From Methanothermococcus sp. Ax23 (GTDB taxonomy: Archaea; AGJL01; Methanococci; Methanococcales; Methanococcaceae), in contig NZ_CP157522.1 of NCBI RefSeq assembly GCF_049075655.1, forward strand, positions 1,184,001-1,248,000: a stretch of DNA of 64,000 nucleotides. Direction: 5' to 3'. The notes beneath the pieces were generated by a model. That model made no database searches, was not told the origin of the DNA, and was given only the letters and a program-made list of their open reading frames with translations. Numbering within the stretch: the first letter of the stretch is position 1; every line of letters begins with the position of its first letter. This document shows positions 22,572 through 33,117 of this stretch, one piece after another. Position numbers and translations under genes: made by a program.

Positions 22572-22600
22572 TTCCAACCTCGCTATCCCTTCGGTTGGAA
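22572..22600. repeat. Inverted repeat between convergent thpR and lig (possible terminator or degenerate hairpin repeat)
   Basis: TTCCAACC-13 nt-GGTTGGAA, GC-richer than the surroundings. Confidence 0.45.
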
Positions 22601-22622
22601 CCTATAATTTTTGCATAATACC

Positions 22623-24356
22623 TTATTTTTTATTTTTACCCTTACCTTTCTGGATTGCGAATATCCTTTTTATATCTTCCAATGTGTTTATATCATCAAT
22701 GGATTTATCCTCTCTTATCCTAACAACTCTTGGGAATCTAAGGGCATAACCACATTCATATTTATCAGATTCCTGAATTTCTTCATAGGATACCTCTAAA
22801 ACGATTTTTGGCTCTACAATTGCTTCTCCATCTATTTCATTTATCTTAATTGATTCTATCATTTCCGTTAATCTGCCGAGTTCCTCCTCAGTCAATCCAC
22901 TTCCAACATGACCAATTGGATATAAGTTTCCTTCTTCATCCTTAACAGATATTTCAAATGAGCCATACCAATCCTTTCTCTTTCCCATGCCCATTTTTGC
23001 CCTTGTAATTACCACATCAAGGCTTTCCAATGTAGGTTTAAATTTATACATTGTTCTTACTCTACTTCCGGGCGTATATGGTGCATTTGGATTTTTAATC
23101 ATTATGCCCTCATGACCAATGTTTAAACTCCACTTATAAAACTCCATTGCTTTTTCTAAATTGTCTGTTGTTAATTTGTAGGATATATCTATTTTCTTTT
23201 TGGATTTTATTTCATTTTCTATCTTTGCTTTGTCTCTTTCCCAATCGTTTGTTCCAATTATATTTTCAAGTATTTTTCTTCTCTCTTTTAGCGGTAAATC
23301 AATTAGTGATTCATTGTAATATAATATATCAAATAAATAAACCCTTAAATTAATCTCCTCTTTCATCTTATCAATATCGTATTTTCGCCTAAATCTTCGT
23401 AATATGTCCTGAAATGGTCTTGGATGTCCAGTTTTTAGGTCAATAGCCACACATTCCCCTTCCACTATTATATTGTCCTCTTCCATGTTTTTTACTTCTT
23501 CCACTATCTCTGGAATTGAATTTGTAATATCTTCCAGTTTTCTGCTGTATATTTTAACATTTTCATCTTTTTTATGGATTTGAACCCTTGCACCATCATA
23601 TTTTGTTTCAAACTGCGGAGCTCCCATTTCAATTATGGCATCATCGATTGAAGATATAAGTTGGGCAAGCATGGGTTTAATTGGTCTAAATATTCTTAGT
23701 TTTAAATCCTCATCTTTATCAATATCTACATTTAACATCAACTTTTCCGCAATAAGCCCAATATCATTTACAACTGCATAGATTTTTTCCAATTTTTCCT
23801 TTGGAATATTAAAATATACTGAGAATGCACTTAAAATTGTTGGAACGCTCATTCCTATTCTCATATCCTCTAAAATAAGTCTTGCAAGGTATCTTCGCTC
23901 TATTGGTGAAGATTTTAAAAGTAAGCTTGAAATATGCCTTATCTTTTTTTTCTGGGAATTTGTTCCTTCAATCTCCGATATTTTTTTTAAGGTATCATAT
24001 ACATCGTCAAGTGTTGGGGGCGTTTGAAAGAGAGAAACCTGCTTTATCTCGGAGCTCAGTTTTTCAACTGCTACCCCAATATCCCCAGTTTCTTTAATGC
24101 TGTTTAATAATTTTTTTTCATTTATTCCTATGGTTTTAACTGCCTCTATCAATAGGTTTGGACCTATGCCGAGCTCCTTATTTTCATACTCTGCAAACAC
24201 TCTCCCAATGGCGATATAACATATTTTTTTCAAATCTTCTGCTGAACCCTTTTCCTTTGTTAATCTTATTAACTCAACAAAGTAGTCCATTTTTTCCAAT
24301 CTTTTTGTCGTGCTTTCTATTTTGTAAAATATATCGCATACATCTTTAAATAGCAT
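22623..24356 (-). CDS. lig: ATP-dependent DNA ligase
   Basis: PMLAQ, active site ETKYDGARVQIH, EGIMIK, ALRFPRVVRIREDK. Confidence 0.97.
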   Translation of the reverse strand: MLFKDVCDIFYKIESTTKRLEKMDYFVELIRLTKEKGSAEDLKKICYIAIGRVFAEYENKELGIGPNLLIEAVKTIGINEKKLLNSIKETGDIGVAVEKLSSEIKQVSLFQTPPTLDDVYDTLKKISEIEGTNSQKKKIRHISSLLLKSSPIERRYLARLILEDMRIGMSVPTILSAFSVYFNIPKEKLEKIYAVVNDIGLIAEKLMLNVDIDKDEDLKLRIFRPIKPMLAQLISSIDDAIIEMGAPQFETKYDGARVQIHKKDENVKIYSRKLEDITNSIPEIVEEVKNMEEDNIIVEGECVAIDLKTGHPRPFQDILRRFRRKYDIDKMKEEINLRVYLFDILYYNESLIDLPLKERRKILENIIGTNDWERDKAKIENEIKSKKKIDISYKLTTDNLEKAMEFYKWSLNIGHEGIMIKNPNAPYTPGSRVRTMYKFKPTLESLDVVITRAKMGMGKRKDWYGSFEISVKDEEGNLYPIGHVGSGLTEEELGRLTEMIESIKINEIDGEAIVEPKIVLEVSYEEIQESDKYECGYALRFPRVVRIREDKSIDDINTLEDIKRIFAIQKGKGKNKK

Positions 24357-24475
24357 TATTCCACCAGCAAAATTAAAAATAAAAATAGAATTAAATAAAA
24401 TAAAAATAATAAACTATTAACTCAAAACATAAAAAATTAGATTAAAATATCATGCTATATTTAATTATTTATTAA

Positions 24476-24814
24476 TTATTTACTTAAATTCATTATGGTG
24501 CTTAATGTATTGTTGAATTCATTAATACTGCGGTTAATCTCTTCCAAACTACCATTATCAACGGAGCTCAGATTGCCACTTAGCACATCACTACTCAGTA
24601 TCTTTTCCGTAGTATTCAGTGATTTTTCAGTAAGTTTTACGTAGTTATCTACATTAAATAGGTTAGTTATATCAGCAGTATTTTTTTGAGAATTTTGCAA
24701 TATATCGGCATACCCTGTATTTGACATAAATTTGGCAAAATACCCTAGTGTAATCAATATAATTATTAAGGTTATTATGTTTTTATAAAACTTTAACAGC
24801 ATAAAAATCACCAA
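24476..24814 (-). CDS. Hypothetical protein with N-terminal membrane anchor/signal
   Basis: 112-aa ORF with a hydrophobic N-terminal stretch, co-oriented between hisD and lig. Confidence 0.6.
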   Translation of the reverse strand: MVIFMLLKFYKNIITLIIILITLGYFAKFMSNTGYADILQNSQKNTADITNLFNVDNYVKLTEKSLNTTEKILSSDVLSGNLSSVDNGSLEEINRSINEFNNTLSTIMNLSK

Positions 24815-24854
24815 AAATAAATTAAAAATATTTTTGATACATTTATAATTGTTG

Positions 24855-26138
24855 TTAAATTAATCTTTTTCTTACAGATTCAGCATGATTATACAACCCC
24901 TCTGCCTCTGCAAGTGTAATCACAATATCTGCTATACTTTTTAATCCTTCCTTTGTGAGCTCCTGCACAGTGGGTTTTTTTATGAATGTATCAACGCTTA
25001 AACCAGAATACATCTTTGCACATCCGCTTGTTGGCAGAACATGGTTCGTTCCGCTTGCATAGTCCCCAACTGGAACAGGAGCATAACTTCCTAAGAATAT
25101 GCTTCCAGCATTTTTTATATCTTTTAAAACTTCCCTTGGATTTTCAGTAATTATCTCCAAATGCTCTGGTGCATATTCATTTGATAATTTTATGCACTCA
25201 TCTAGCTCCCCATACACTATTGCAGAGTTTTTTAATGACTCGTTGATTATTTCTGTTCGTTTTATGTTATTTTCATTATTTATTAATTCCATGATTTTAT
25301 ATTTAATACTTTCTGCCTTTTCCTTTGATGTGGTTGTGATTATACATGAAGAATTTGGGTCGTGTTCCGCCTGAGCTAAAAAGTCCATTGCAATATATTC
25401 ATCATTTGCTGTTTCATCGCATATTATCAATACCTCAGAAGGTCCTGCTGGGAAGTCAATTGCCACATTACCATAAACCATCATTTTAGCCGCAGTTACA
25501 AAGATATTTCCCGGTCCAACGATGATATCCACTTTTGGAACTGTTTCTGTTCCATAAGCCAGAGCTCCTATTGCCTGAGCTCCTCCAATTTTATATATCT
25601 CATCAGCCTTTGCTATGTCTGATGCCACAAGTGTTGCAGGATTGCCTTCCGTCCCATTTGGTGGTGAAACCACAACAACCTTTTCCACGCCTGCAACCTT
25701 TGCAGGAACCACATTCATTAAAACAGTTGATGGATAAAATGCTCTTCCCCCGGGAACATAACATCCTGCTTTTTCTATTGGTCTTATTATCTGCCCTGCC
25801 TTTATTCCATTGTTGTTTATCTCCCATTCTTTAAGATTTTTAAACTGAATTTCGTGGAATGATTTTATATTATCGTGTGCCTTTTCAATTGCTTCTATGA
25901 TTTTATAATCTATCTTATTGTATGCCTGTTCAATTTCTTCCTTATGGACCTTAAAATCATCAATATCAACTTTATCAAACTTCTTTGTATATTCCCTTAA
26001 CGCATTATCTCCGTTATTTTTTACATTGTCCAATATTTCCTTTACAATGGGGAATATATTTTCAAGGTTCATTTTATTTCTATTGAATATTATATTTTTT
26101 TCTTCGTCTGTTAAATCGGTTATTTTTTTAATTATCAT
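24855..26138 (-). CDS. hisD: Histidinol dehydrogenase
   Basis: YVPGG, GGAQAIGALAYG, AGPSE, QAEHD, YAPEHL, GTNHVLPT. Confidence 0.97.
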   Translation of the reverse strand: MIIKKITDLTDEEKNIIFNRNKMNLENIFPIVKEILDNVKNNGDNALREYTKKFDKVDIDDFKVHKEEIEQAYNKIDYKIIEAIEKAHDNIKSFHEIQFKNLKEWEINNNGIKAGQIIRPIEKAGCYVPGGRAFYPSTVLMNVVPAKVAGVEKVVVVSPPNGTEGNPATLVASDIAKADEIYKIGGAQAIGALAYGTETVPKVDIIVGPGNIFVTAAKMMVYGNVAIDFPAGPSEVLIICDETANDEYIAMDFLAQAEHDPNSSCIITTTSKEKAESIKYKIMELINNENNIKRTEIINESLKNSAIVYGELDECIKLSNEYAPEHLEIITENPREVLKDIKNAGSIFLGSYAPVPVGDYASGTNHVLPTSGCAKMYSGLSVDTFIKKPTVQELTKEGLKSIADIVITLAEAEGLYNHAESVRKRLI

Positions 26139-26174
26139 GTTGTTCCTCCTTATCGTGTTTTTCCTTTTTTTATT

Positions 26175-26648
26175 TTACATTACTTCTATAATGCTTATTT
26201 TCTCGCATACTCGTTTAACTAAATCATCTTCATTATTATATTCATTATTATCATCTAATCCTTTAATATTGTATGTCCTTTTTATATTTTCCATTTTTGA
26301 TGGGGTGAGCTCTAAAACTGAGTCATCAATTTCTCCACCAACAGTATTTAATAATTTATTTAGTGTTTCTTCATCTTCGCACACTATACAGATGTTTGAT
26401 TTTTTCCTTTCGTCTGGCTTTACACCGATAATTTTTATGGCATTAGATATTTGCCGTTGTGCCGATGCCCTTACAAGTATTTCCATCCAAAAGCTGTTTG
26501 TAATTGGTTTTTTTGATTTTGCCTGATTTACAGCATGAATTATATGTTTTTTTGTAGCAATTAAATCGGCATTCAGTATTTGAAATGGAAGTTTCAAATT
26601 AAATATATCGTTTATTATTTTTGCATCCCTTACTCCAACTATTATCAT
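26175..26648 (-). CDS. cgi121: KEOPS complex subunit Cgi121
   Basis: EILVRASAQRQISNAIKIIGV motif; size fits. Confidence 0.88.
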   Translation of the reverse strand: MIIVGVRDAKIINDIFNLKLPFQILNADLIATKKHIIHAVNQAKSKKPITNSFWMEILVRASAQRQISNAIKIIGVKPDERKKSNICIVCEDEETLNKLLNTVGGEIDDSVLELTPSKMENIKRTYNIKGLDDNNEYNNEDDLVKRVCEKISIIEVM

Positions 26649-26785
26649 TTTTTATCCCTTTAATAGGTATATCTATTTTATATCAATAATTATTATATCA
26701 TTTAACTTATAATAACTTTTTTATTTAAGTTTTTAGAATACCTAAATAACTAAAATGAAATAAAATTAAAATACATGGTGAAAAA

Positions 26786-27502
26786 ATGAAGGTAATCTTG
26801 GTTGGTGCTGGACCTGGTGATGAAGAATTAATTACATTAAAGGGACTAAATGCAATAAAAAATGCCGATGTAATTGTTTATGATGATTTAATTGGTGAAA
26901 ATCTCCTTAAATATGCAAAAGAAGGTGCAGAGTTAATATATGTTGGTAAAAGAAAGGGGAAGCACTCGCATAAGCAGGAAGAGATAAATCAAATACTTGT
27001 CGAAAAAGCGAAAGAAAATAAAACCGTAGTTAGATTAAAAGGTGGGGATTCCTTTATATTTGGAAGAGGGGGTGAAGAAATACTTGAATTGAAAAAACAC
27101 AGCATACCTTATGAATTAATCCCCGGCATTACATCATCAATAGCAGTTCCAGAAGTTGCAAATATCCCCCTAACCCATAGAAAGGTGGCAACTTCATTTA
27201 CAGTGGTTACAGGACATGAAGCAGAAGATAAGGATAAAAAACAGGTTAAATTAAGCGAATTGAATGCAGATACTATTGTAATACTCATGGGCATCACAAA
27301 CTTAAAGAACCATGTTGCCGAGCTCCTAAAAAATAGCCGCAGAAATGAAAACACACCAGTGGCCATAATTACAAACGGGACACGACCAAATCAGAAGGTA
27401 ATAAAAGGAACATTGGGAGATATTGTAAAAAAGGCAGAAGAAAACAACATTGCACCGCCGGGAATTATTGTAGTAGGGGACGTTGTAAATGTTTTGGAAT
27501 AA
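26786..27502 (+). CDS. cobA: Uroporphyrinogen-III C-methyltransferase
   Basis: LVGAGPGD, VVRLKGGDSFIFGRGGEE, PGITS, VTGH. Confidence 0.95.
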   Translation: MKVILVGAGPGDEELITLKGLNAIKNADVIVYDDLIGENLLKYAKEGAELIYVGKRKGKHSHKQEEINQILVEKAKENKTVVRLKGGDSFIFGRGGEEILELKKHSIPYELIPGITSSIAVPEVANIPLTHRKVATSFTVVTGHEAEDKDKKQVKLSELNADTIVILMGITNLKNHVAELLKNSRRNENTPVAIITNGTRPNQKVIKGTLGDIVKKAEENNIAPPGIIVVGDVVNVLE

Positions 27503-27630
27503 TAATTTATACGATAAGAGTAATAAGATAGTGAGTGAGGAAAATAAAAAATAAAACAATAAACAAAATAAATAAAACAGAACATAAAAAAATAAAAAAA
27601 TTAATGTAAAAATGTAAAAAAGGTGAATAT

Positions 27631-28209
27631 ATGGATGAAGATTTAAAAAAGACAATAGAATTTCACGGTCATTTCTGTCCTGGTTTAGCTATGGGGTATA
27701 GAGTGGCAAAATATGTTAAAAACCACTACAAAAAATCAGAAGATGAAGAGCTCGTGGCAATAGTATATAACAACTCATGCGGTGTTGATGCAATCCAATA
27801 TTTGCTTGGATGCACATTTGGAAAGGGAAATTTAATATTTAGGGACTATGGAAAGCATGTTTATGTCTTTTATTCAAGAGAGCATAAAAAAGGTATTAGA
27901 GTTTCATTTAAAGACGAAATAAATAAGGAAATGAATAGTATGTGGGATAAATTAAAGAATGTTTCAGAAGAAGAAAGAATGGAACTTATGAAGGAATTAA
28001 AAGGTGAATGTGCTGAAAAAATATTAAACTTATCCGATGAGGAGCTCCTAAATATTAAGGAGGTGGATATTCCAGAACCTAATAAAGCCAAAATATACTC
28101 ATCCCTTAAATGTGAAGAATGTGGAGAGTATTTTATGGAAATTAAGGGAAGATTAATAGATGGAAAAGTTGTATGTATGGAATGCTTTGAAAAATTAGTC
28201 AATCAATAA
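27631..28209 (+). CDS. FmdE/FwdE-family protein
   Basis: EFHGHFCPGL, CGVDAIQ, GCTFGKGNL, C-terminal CxxC..CxxC zinc finger. Confidence 0.9.
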   Translation: MDEDLKKTIEFHGHFCPGLAMGYRVAKYVKNHYKKSEDEELVAIVYNNSCGVDAIQYLLGCTFGKGNLIFRDYGKHVYVFYSREHKKGIRVSFKDEINKEMNSMWDKLKNVSEEERMELMKELKGECAEKILNLSDEELLNIKEVDIPEPNKAKIYSSLKCEECGEYFMEIKGRLIDGKVVCMECFEKLVNQ

Positions 28210-28223
28210 ATTCAATGAAAGTA

Positions 28224-28985
28224 TTAATATAGATTTATTAATTTATTTATCATTTCATAGATTTTATTATTTTTTAATAATTTTAAGCGAATTTTGACAT
28301 CTGCTGAATTTCCCAGGGCTGACCAGAGTATGGAGTCAATATGAAGGGGAGGAATTCCTGTTTCTTTCGATATGTTATTCCAAAATTTTATTACATTGTT
28401 ATCCGTAAATCTTTTCGTGTATTTTTCTATTCTACTGTCTTTTGGTATCTCAATTTCATAAGGATATGGGATAAATTTTTTAAAGACCATCCTTGAAGCA
28501 TATCCAAACATTTTAACAGCAAATACAACAGTTTTTGATTCCTTTTTCGTGTTTAACTGCTTTGCAATACTGTCCCTAAACAGATTCATATTTAAATAAT
28601 AATTCTCTAAATCTGCAATAGATAAATCATCTAAAAATGGCTTTATTTTATTGATTCTCTTTATTTTTATGTTGTTCAGTCGTTTGTTTCCTTTTGAATT
28701 GGATAAAAATAATATATACTCTTCAAATAAATCATTTTTGTTTTTGGAGACGTTATCCCAGTTATATTCTGAAAATTCCTTCCACCAGTTTTCACCAGTG
28801 GTTGAGAGCTGATAGGATACAATGGCGTTAATTATTACCAATTTTAAAAATAATTCATCGTTGTTTAATGTTTTTTGAAGATTTTCTAAATAATGATATT
28901 GTAAATCCACATTTTCTTCAATGGTTTTTGCAGACTCTATGCCCAATTCTTTTAATATTGTTTTTAGGATACTTATATTATTCAT
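28224..28985 (-). CDS. Archaeal 8-oxoguanine glycosylase/AP lyase (AGOG)
   Basis: IEENVDLQY, SYQLSTTGENWW, KTVVFAVKMFGY, IPPLHIDSILW. Confidence 0.88.
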   Translation of the reverse strand: MNNISILKTILKELGIESAKTIEENVDLQYHYLENLQKTLNNDELFLKLVIINAIVSYQLSTTGENWWKEFSEYNWDNVSKNKNDLFEEYILFLSNSKGNKRLNNIKIKRINKIKPFLDDLSIADLENYYLNMNLFRDSIAKQLNTKKESKTVVFAVKMFGYASRMVFKKFIPYPYEIEIPKDSRIEKYTKRFTDNNVIKFWNNISKETGIPPLHIDSILWSALGNSADVKIRLKLLKNNKIYEMINKLINLY

Positions 28986-29129
28986 ATTATCACATCAATA
29001 TACTATAAATATAACTAAAAAATATAACTATTTATGTTATATATTATCCAATTTTAATCATTATTTTCATTTTCATTATTTAATGTATATTATAATTTAA
29101 ATAACCCAAATAATTTAAAGGTGTAGAGT

Positions 29130-30779
29130 ATGGCAGTTAAGGTCAAAAATTTATCTAAAAATTACGGTAAAAAAAAGGTGCTCGATAATATTAGTTTTGA
29201 AGCTAAAAAAGGAGAAGTATTAGGGATAATCGGTAAATCAGGTGCAGGGAAATCCACACTGATTAGAATTTTAAGAGGGACCGATAAGGAATACAGCGGC
29301 GAGATTGAAATTTGCGGTAGAACCGATAATTTTAGGGAAATTACTGCGATACATTTACAAAGGAACTTTGCACTATGGGCTGAACCTGCAATATACAACA
29401 TAATAAGGAAATTATATGCCATAAGAAACAATTCCGACGAATCCCTACCTATGGAAGATGAATGGGAAGAATACGAAAAAACCGCAATAGAGATTTTGAA
29501 ATTAGTTGGATTGGAGCATAAAAAGGAAGCATTTTCAAACATACTCAGCGGTGGAGAGAAACAGAGGTTAATATTGGGAAGGCAGATAGCTAAAATATAC
29601 GAAAAAGGAGAAGGAGTTTTACTACTTGATGAACCAGCTACAATGTCATGTCCAGCTTCAAAACAGATTTTGTTAGATGTTTTAAAAAATATCAATGAAA
29701 AATTAAATATTACAATGGTAATCACATCCCATCTTCCAGAAATTCACGAATACCTATGCGATAGATGTATTCTTTTAGAAGAAGGAGTTATAAAATTGGA
29801 GGGGGAACCAAAAGAAGTAATTAATGAATTTTTGAGAGATATGGAAGAACCATATGTTAGAAAAACCACTCCAAATGACAAGAATATTATAAGTGTAAAT
29901 AATGTATCCAAAAGATATTTTGTTGTGCATGGTGGAGAAACCCTTAATATGAAGGATGTTTCCTTTAATGTGAAAGAGGGCGAGATATTATCTATTATTG
30001 GACCAAGTGGAACTGGAAAATCCGTTCTTTTAAGACTTCTCGGCGGTGTTGAATCCCCTGACAAAGGAAATATAATTGTTGATGGAATAGATTTAAACGA
30101 CTATGGATGGGAAAGAGTAAATTTAAGAAGAAGAATGGGAATTATGCATCAGGAGTTTTCATTAACTCACTATCTACCTGTTGAGGATATGCTAAAATAT
30201 AGACTTGGAATTAAAGGGGAAAAAGCGGTGGCAAATGCAAAATTAAAATCCCAAGAGCTCGGCATATCTCCAAAAGTTGTAGATGCCATCTATCAGTTGA
30301 TTGACCTTCCAGAACAGGAAATGAAAAACAAACTTGGAAAATTGGGCATATCTGAGGATGTAGTAAAAATGCTCTTCCCTGCTGTTGTGGATGAGTTCCA
30401 TCCAAAAGATGTCCTTAGAGCTCTTGACTTGGATGAGGAGATTTTGAAGAAAACACCATTGGAACTAAGCGGCGGTGAAAAGGTAAGGGTTGCTCTTGCA
30501 TTGCAGCTTATAACAAAACCTAAAATTTTATTACTTGATGAGCCATTTGGTGATTTAGACCCGATTACACTTAGGGATGTTTCAAACTATCTTAAAAAGA
30601 TAAATGATGAGTTTGGAACTACTATGGTATTGATAAGCCACCATATCCAGCTAATTAAAGAAATAAGCGACAGAGCAATATTAATAGATGAGGGAAAAAT
30701 AATAATGGATGGAAAGCCAGAAGATGTCTGCAATACATTTATTGAAAGAAGCAATTCAAAGTTTTCACTTACGAAGTAA
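29130..30779 (+). CDS. Double-domain ABC ATPase, methyl-coenzyme M reductase component A2-like paralogue
   Basis: Two ABC cassettes (GKSGAGKS/LSGGEKQR; GPSGTGKS/LSGGEKVR), AIHLQRNFALW, no membrane partner. Confidence 0.8.
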   Translation: MAVKVKNLSKNYGKKKVLDNISFEAKKGEVLGIIGKSGAGKSTLIRILRGTDKEYSGEIEICGRTDNFREITAIHLQRNFALWAEPAIYNIIRKLYAIRNNSDESLPMEDEWEEYEKTAIEILKLVGLEHKKEAFSNILSGGEKQRLILGRQIAKIYEKGEGVLLLDEPATMSCPASKQILLDVLKNINEKLNITMVITSHLPEIHEYLCDRCILLEEGVIKLEGEPKEVINEFLRDMEEPYVRKTTPNDKNIISVNNVSKRYFVVHGGETLNMKDVSFNVKEGEILSIIGPSGTGKSVLLRLLGGVESPDKGNIIVDGIDLNDYGWERVNLRRRMGIMHQEFSLTHYLPVEDMLKYRLGIKGEKAVANAKLKSQELGISPKVVDAIYQLIDLPEQEMKNKLGKLGISEDVVKMLFPAVVDEFHPKDVLRALDLDEEILKKTPLELSGGEKVRVALALQLITKPKILLLDEPFGDLDPITLRDVSNYLKKINDEFGTTMVLISHHIQLIKEISDRAILIDEGKIIMDGKPEDVCNTFIERSNSKFSLTK

Positions 30780-30814
30780 GTGAGCAACGAAAACCGTAAG
30801 GTTTTCGTCTAATT
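30762..30814. repeat. Double-hairpin dispersed repeat, copy A (overlaps stop codon of the ABC ATPase)
   Basis: TCACTTAC-GAA-GTAAGTGA, linker GCA, ACGAAAACC-GTAA-GGTTTTCGT, CTAATT; reverse complement aligns to 63326-63380. Confidence 0.8.
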
Positions 30815-30885
30815 GAGTAAATAAAGGAAATAACCTTTATTTTTTTATATTTTTATTAGTATATTATTTATTTTATCATAATAGG

Positions 30886-32034
30886 GTGATTTTATTGATA
30901 GAGATTGATAAAAGGGCATACAATTCTATTTTAAATTTTTCAAGAATTATCTACAAAAATGCAGTATTAAATAAAGAGGATTTGCCAGATAAGGAGCAGA
31001 TAATAAAATTATATTATAAAAATAAATTTGTAGCTAAGGCAATATATGATAGCGGAGCTCCGACAATTAAAATACTAACTCTAAAAGATGAAGAGATAAA
31101 CAAGGACTTTTTTTACAATAGAATAAAAAAAGCTAAGGAATATAGGGAGTATATATTGAATTATAAAGATACATACAGGATGATATATGCAGAGGCGGAT
31201 TGTTTGCCTTCAATCATACTTGATAAGTATAACAACATAGCATCAATGCAGGTGTCTTCAAAAGTTATGGAAAAATACATTCCTATTATATTTGAATGTT
31301 TAAATGAACTTACTGATATCAATACACTCTATGTTCAAAGTGCAAAAAAAGGAAGTAAAATAAAATCAAAAATATATGGAGATAAAAACAATATTGAAAC
31401 CATAATAAATGAAGGAAATGCGAAAATTAAGGTAAATTTAAAGGGACATAAAACTGGATTCTTCTTAGACCAAAGAGAAAATAGGATAGATTTAGAGAAT
31501 TATGTTAAAAAAGGAGATAAAGTTTTAGATATTTGTTGTTATACTGGTGGTTTTTCTGTCCATTGTGGCATAAAAGGGGCGGAAGTCGTAGGAGTTGATA
31601 TGTCAGATAAGGCGTTGGAGGTTGCAGAGGAAAATATGGAACTGAATAATATAAAGAATTATAACTTCATTGTAGGAAATGCCTTTGATGTAATGAGGAA
31701 AATGATTGATAAAAACGAAAAATTCGATATTGTAATTTTAGACCCGCCGGCTTTTACAAAATCGTCAAAGGATGTTAAAAATGCGTTGAAGGCATACAGC
31801 ACAATGAATTACTTAGGATTAAAACTTGCAAAGAGGATGTTTATCACATGTTCCTGTTCTCACCATATCGATAGAGAGATGTTTAAAAACATGGTGGTCT
31901 CTTCTTCATTAAGGGCTAAAAAAGAAATTAGGCAAATTGGAGGATACAGAACTCAATCCCCCGACCATATAATAACAATGGCGAATAAAAATTTGGAGTA
32001 TTTAAAATGTTTGTTTTTTGGAGTGGAGGATTAA
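30886..32034 (+). CDS. RlmI-like SAM-dependent RNA methyltransferase
   Basis: HKTGFFLDQRENR, VLDICCYTGGF, ILDPPAF, TCSCS. Confidence 0.88.
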   Translation: MILLIEIDKRAYNSILNFSRIIYKNAVLNKEDLPDKEQIIKLYYKNKFVAKAIYDSGAPTIKILTLKDEEINKDFFYNRIKKAKEYREYILNYKDTYRMIYAEADCLPSIILDKYNNIASMQVSSKVMEKYIPIIFECLNELTDINTLYVQSAKKGSKIKSKIYGDKNNIETIINEGNAKIKVNLKGHKTGFFLDQRENRIDLENYVKKGDKVLDICCYTGGFSVHCGIKGAEVVGVDMSDKALEVAEENMELNNIKNYNFIVGNAFDVMRKMIDKNEKFDIVILDPPAFTKSSKDVKNALKAYSTMNYLGLKLAKRMFITCSCSHHIDREMFKNMVVSSSLRAKKEIRQIGGYRTQSPDHIITMANKNLEYLKCLFFGVED

Positions 32035-32124
32035 TTAATATAAACAATAATAAATGAGAAAGAAAGAAAAAATAAAAAAAGAAAAGAAAAAGAAGAAAAA
32101 GGAAAAATAATTAAAAAACAAAAT

Positions 32125-32469
32125 TTAGAATGTGATGACTTTATCACTTTCTTTTGTAAATGCAACTAAATCATGCATTGTAGCCAGTTGCACACCATCT
32201 ACTAAATCCTCTTCACTTAAACCTCTCGCCTTACTGCATGGACCGCATGCTTTTACAACTGCCCCAGCTTCAATGCAGTTTTTTAAATATTCCAAATAGT
32301 TTGGAACTTCTGCTGGATTTTGAGATGTTTTTGCAACATAGACGCCATCTTCAAGGAGGAATATATTAATATCAATACCTTCTAAGAGTGATGTTAAAGC
32401 AAATCTAAGGGCGGAATATGCCCTTTCCTGCCCGTATGGCGCTGTTGTGATTATTACCGTGAATTTCAA
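32125..32469 (-). CDS. DsrE/DsrF-family sulfur relay protein
   Basis: APYGQERAYSALR, FLLEDGV, CGPCSKARG; paired with TusA. Confidence 0.88.
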   Translation of the reverse strand: MKFTVIITTAPYGQERAYSALRFALTSLLEGIDINIFLLEDGVYVAKTSQNPAEVPNYLEYLKNCIEAGAVVKACGPCSKARGLSEEDLVDGVQLATMHDLVAFTKESDKVITF

Positions 32470-32493
32470 AATATCACCTTATTTTATAATTAT

Positions 32494-32709
32494 TTACTTT
32501 TTTATTACAATTTTAAATCCACTTTCAGTTTCTTCGGCAGATACAACAGTATGACCATGTTCTTCAACAAATCTTGTAATATTTTCAAGTGCTGGTTTAT
32601 AGTCCCCTATTACTGTTAATTCCTCTCCATCACCCATTGAATCAAGAGCTTTTTTTGTTTTCAATACTGGGATTGGACATACTGTTCCACTAACGTCGAG
32701 CTCCATCAT
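32494..32709 (-). CDS. TusA-family sulfur carrier protein
   Basis: LDVSGTVCPIPV motif, 71 aa. Confidence 0.9.
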   Translation of the reverse strand: MMELDVSGTVCPIPVLKTKKALDSMGDGEELTVIGDYKPALENITRFVEEHGHTVVSAEETESGFKIVIKK

Positions 32710-33117
32710 ATCACCATAATTATTAGATTTCTTAATAATAACTTAAAACATTATTATTCTATATAAAACTAAAACGTATTTAATGGAATATTATGCATTA
32801 GTTTATTATATAAATATTTTCATTAACTAATTTAATATATAACCAATTATTAATTAATTTAATAGTTCTAAATGTCGGTAGTTTTATATATATTTGTAAA
32901 TACAATTATATAACAAACTGCTGAGAATTATGATAAATTGAATGAAAACCGAAATTTTTCTTACCTTACCTTTAACTTAGTTAAGGCAATTTTTTTACTG
33001 TGGGATACCGCTACATGGCGATAAAATTTCTTCATTTTGTTTATCGAGAAAAATTCTCAAAGGGAGTTTAATCTTTTTATCGGAGTAGATATAGAAATAA
33101 ATACATATGTGATTCTT

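Noticed and set aside
32900-33110. Possible ncRNA in the tusA/pilin divergent intergenic region (weak stems, slightly GC-richer patch near 33000)
   Set aside because: No convincing C/D boxes, tRNA fold or riboswitch consensus; stems are short and AT-rich. The TTG-initiated extension from 33037 is also less plausible than ATG 33118.
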